Source: the human T2T-CHM13v2.0 reference genome, Homo sapiens. Taken from it: 64,000 nt of DNA. Each line of letters starts with the position of its first letter. Position 1 is the first letter of the stretch. The notes beneath the pieces are model-generated. The model saw only the letters and a program-made list of their open reading frames with translations, was not told where the DNA came from and made no database searches. The position numbers and the translations under genes were made by a program. This document shows, one piece after another, positions 60,301-64,000 of the stretch. The stretch lies in NCBI RefSeq assembly GCF_009914755.1, contig NC_060929.1. The stretch is one strand, 5' to 3'.

Positions 60301-60634
60301 AAGGAGAAACTACATGCCAGCCACTGGTCTGGGCAATAAGTTTTTGGATTTTACTGCAAAAGTACAGGCAACAAAAGCAAAAATAAATAGGATTACATCA
60401 AACTAAAAAGCTCTGTGCAGCAACAGAAACAATTAATAGACTGAAAAGACAACCCACAGATTAGAAGAAAATACTGCACATCTGATAAAGGACTAATATC
60501 CAAATTATATAAGGAACTTAAACAACTCAATAATAAAAAAAAATTTTTAAGTTGACAAGGGACCTAAATAGAAATTTCTCAAAAGAAGACATATGAATGG
60601 CCAACAGATATATATATATGTAAAGTATTTATCA

Positions 60635-61466
<832 letters not shown>

Positions 61467-63471
61467 TCATTATATGATCTAGCAATCCCACATCTGGTAT
61501 TTACCCAAAAGCTTTGAAATCAGTTTGTTGAAGAGATAGCTGCACTCCCATGTTTATTGCAGCACTAATCAAACTAGCTACAACATGGATGGAATTAGAG
61601 AACATTATTCCAAATGAAATAAGGCACAGAAAGACAAAGACCGCATGTTCTCATCTATCTATGGAATCTAAAACAATCATTCTCACAGAAGCAGAGAGCA
61701 GAATGGTTATTACCAGAGGCTGGGAGCTGTGGGGAATAGAGGAATGAAAGTCAAAGGGTACAAAGTCTCAGACAAGAAGCATGAGGTATTTTTTGAAAAA
61801 TACCTATCGCATGGAATGGTGAATACAGTTAATAATAAAGTATTGTACATTTCAAAATTGCTGACAGTACACTGCAGATGTTCTCACCACAACAAAAATG
61901 ACAAGTATTCAAGGTAATAGATATGTTGATTAGCCTAATTTATTCTGCATTGTGTTAATAGATTATAACATCACTTTGTGCCCCATAAATATATACACTT
62001 ATAATTTGTCAATTTACAATGAAATAAAATAAATTGTAAAAATAAAGTATACATAATAATTACAAATAAGATGAAAAATAAAAATGAGTGCAGCACTAAT
62101 AGTATTTTAATGCATTTACTTTTGAAATTGAACACTCTTTTCAAAATGTGTTCACTACTTCAAATTGAAAGTTTAAAAATGTGCTAAAATCTCCACAGAC
62201 AACATTTATTTCATTAGGAACTTTTGGAAATCTGGTTGCCCAGCAAATTATCATTTTAGTAATTTTTAACTGAAGAAAAAATTAGGAAGTAAGTTTATCT
62301 TATTTTGCACATATTTTAATAGATCATAATTCTATAACATGGAATAAATTATTTCTTGATGCAATCAAAATATTTCAATATTTGTTATGCTAAATGTACT
62401 ATCTGTTGTCATCTCTGGTTTGATATTATATATTTTAAGGTTTTTGAGCTAATTTAATCCAGTCAGTCCCTTAATAGTATAATAAAGTATATAAAATTTA
62501 CCATTTAAACATTAGATTCATTTTCTTAAATTTTACCTTGTGAATCAATTAAATAATAGTAATGGTTTCAATGAAGAGATTCCAGGTTTAGTTACAAAAC
62601 TTTGTATGATATAATTGACATATAGCATATTACTTATTTTTCCCTCTAGGATCTAGATAAGCAAAATAGCAAAATATGTTCCACCTCCTGGGGCCAATAT
62701 TACAAAGAAAACATTTTAATGAGGTAAAACACATTCCAAGGTGGAAATTTAAAATGTAATATGAGCCTTATTTTCTGGACTTACAATTGATGAAAATGTA
62801 GCACGTATTTTTTAAATTCAAATAGAAAGTAGAAAATTGTTGGAATGCTGTTTGCAAATGAGTCTGATTAGCTGTAGCTACATAAAGGTTTGCTTAAGAG
62901 AAAAGATGGAGAGGCAACTTAGCAAGAGTAAATTAATAGAGAAGCAAAATCTTAGCAGGTGAATCTTATCTGTGAAGGAGACACTCCAAAAAAAAAAAAA
63001 ACAAAAAGAAAAAACTATAGACTTATTGCACTTCAATATAGAAATGAGATACACTCAAAGTCTGAATCATAGAGCTCTCATTTAAAATTGGTCCACATTC
63101 TCCTATCCCTTACATATTAAGGTATTTGGAAATGATTTTTTTTGTGTTGTTGTGTTTTGTAATGATAAATGGTTCTTCCTTAGGCAATAGGCAGACCGAA
63201 TAAAATCTAGGAAATAAAGGACATCGTTGCCAGTTGCCCCCTAAATACCCATATATATATATATCAGAATCTGTAATTGCGAACATAACTTCATGGCTTC
63301 ACGCATTTTTCCTCTAAAATATTTCTCATTTTTATATAGCAGTATTATATATATTTTCAAACATATTAGTAATCATAGCATATTATGGTTTTTTAAGTGT
63401 TTTCCATGCTCTAAGCTTGATTTAAGCCAGTTCCATCTATTAATTTATTTAATCTTTATGAAATTGTTAAA

Positions 63472-63560
63472 GTGGTACCATCATTATCCCCATTTATAAA
63501 AGAAGATACTGAGGGTCACATTGCTAGTAAGCGATCGAGCCAAGTCACACCAGATAGCCT
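63472..63560 (-). mobile_element. MIR fragment
   Basis: attatccccatttataaaagaagatactgagggtcaca..gctagtaag. Confidence 0.7.
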
Positions 63561-64000
63561 ATCAGTAAATGCAAGGGTACTATTTATAAGCTATTGTGTT
63601 GAAGCTTGTTAGGAGTATAACCATTTCACCTCTCAAAGTCCTCATATCACATTCCCGTTATGTAGTGTCTGTGAGTCTAGAAACACTATCCTAAAACAAG
63701 GCAGCTCTAAAAACTCATGATTATAATTTAAGAGAACTAGCTTATCCTGAAATTCTAAGCCAAATTATTTCAAAGAAATATACGTATGTTTGCTGAATGG
63801 GTATTGCTATGGGTACTAAAAGTATTCTTGAAAAATATGATTAAATTTCTCAATCCAATCCTGTCTACTACAATGATAATTTTGAAAGCCTAAGGAATAG
63901 ATGTGCGACATAGAGTATGTCACTTGTATTTGCATCTTTGTTATTCAAAATGTCAGTGTTGCTTCATTCTTACCTATTCAAAATTGAATTTTGATATTGT

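Overview
AT-rich, CpG-poor primate (human-like) genomic DNA, either intergenic or deep-intronic. It is dominated by interspersed repeats: about 15 Alu/FRAM elements, L1s of many ages (L1PA, L1PB, L1MA, L1MC-ME), L2, MIR, MaLR/ERVL LTRs, two decayed proviruses (an ERVL47-type on +, a MER4/MER57-group ERV1 on -) and DNA-transposon MITEs. No protein-coding gene, RNA gene, CpG island or CRISPR array can be supported. The listed ORFs look like repeat-derived or chance ORFs. Subfamily names come from recall of consensus sequences and need RepeatMasker/Dfam confirmation. I did not find a convincing new biological system. The best leads are: (1) an L1PA insertion with a TSD-bounded, possibly two-step 3' transduction (12092-12897); (2) several + strand exon-like units with canonical splice sites that may belong to a spliced lncRNA; (3) a rearranged, inverted L1PA8 insertion; (4) env remnants in both proviruses; (5) a (GGAA)13 microsatellite, a pure T54 run and a perfect 28-bp triplication.
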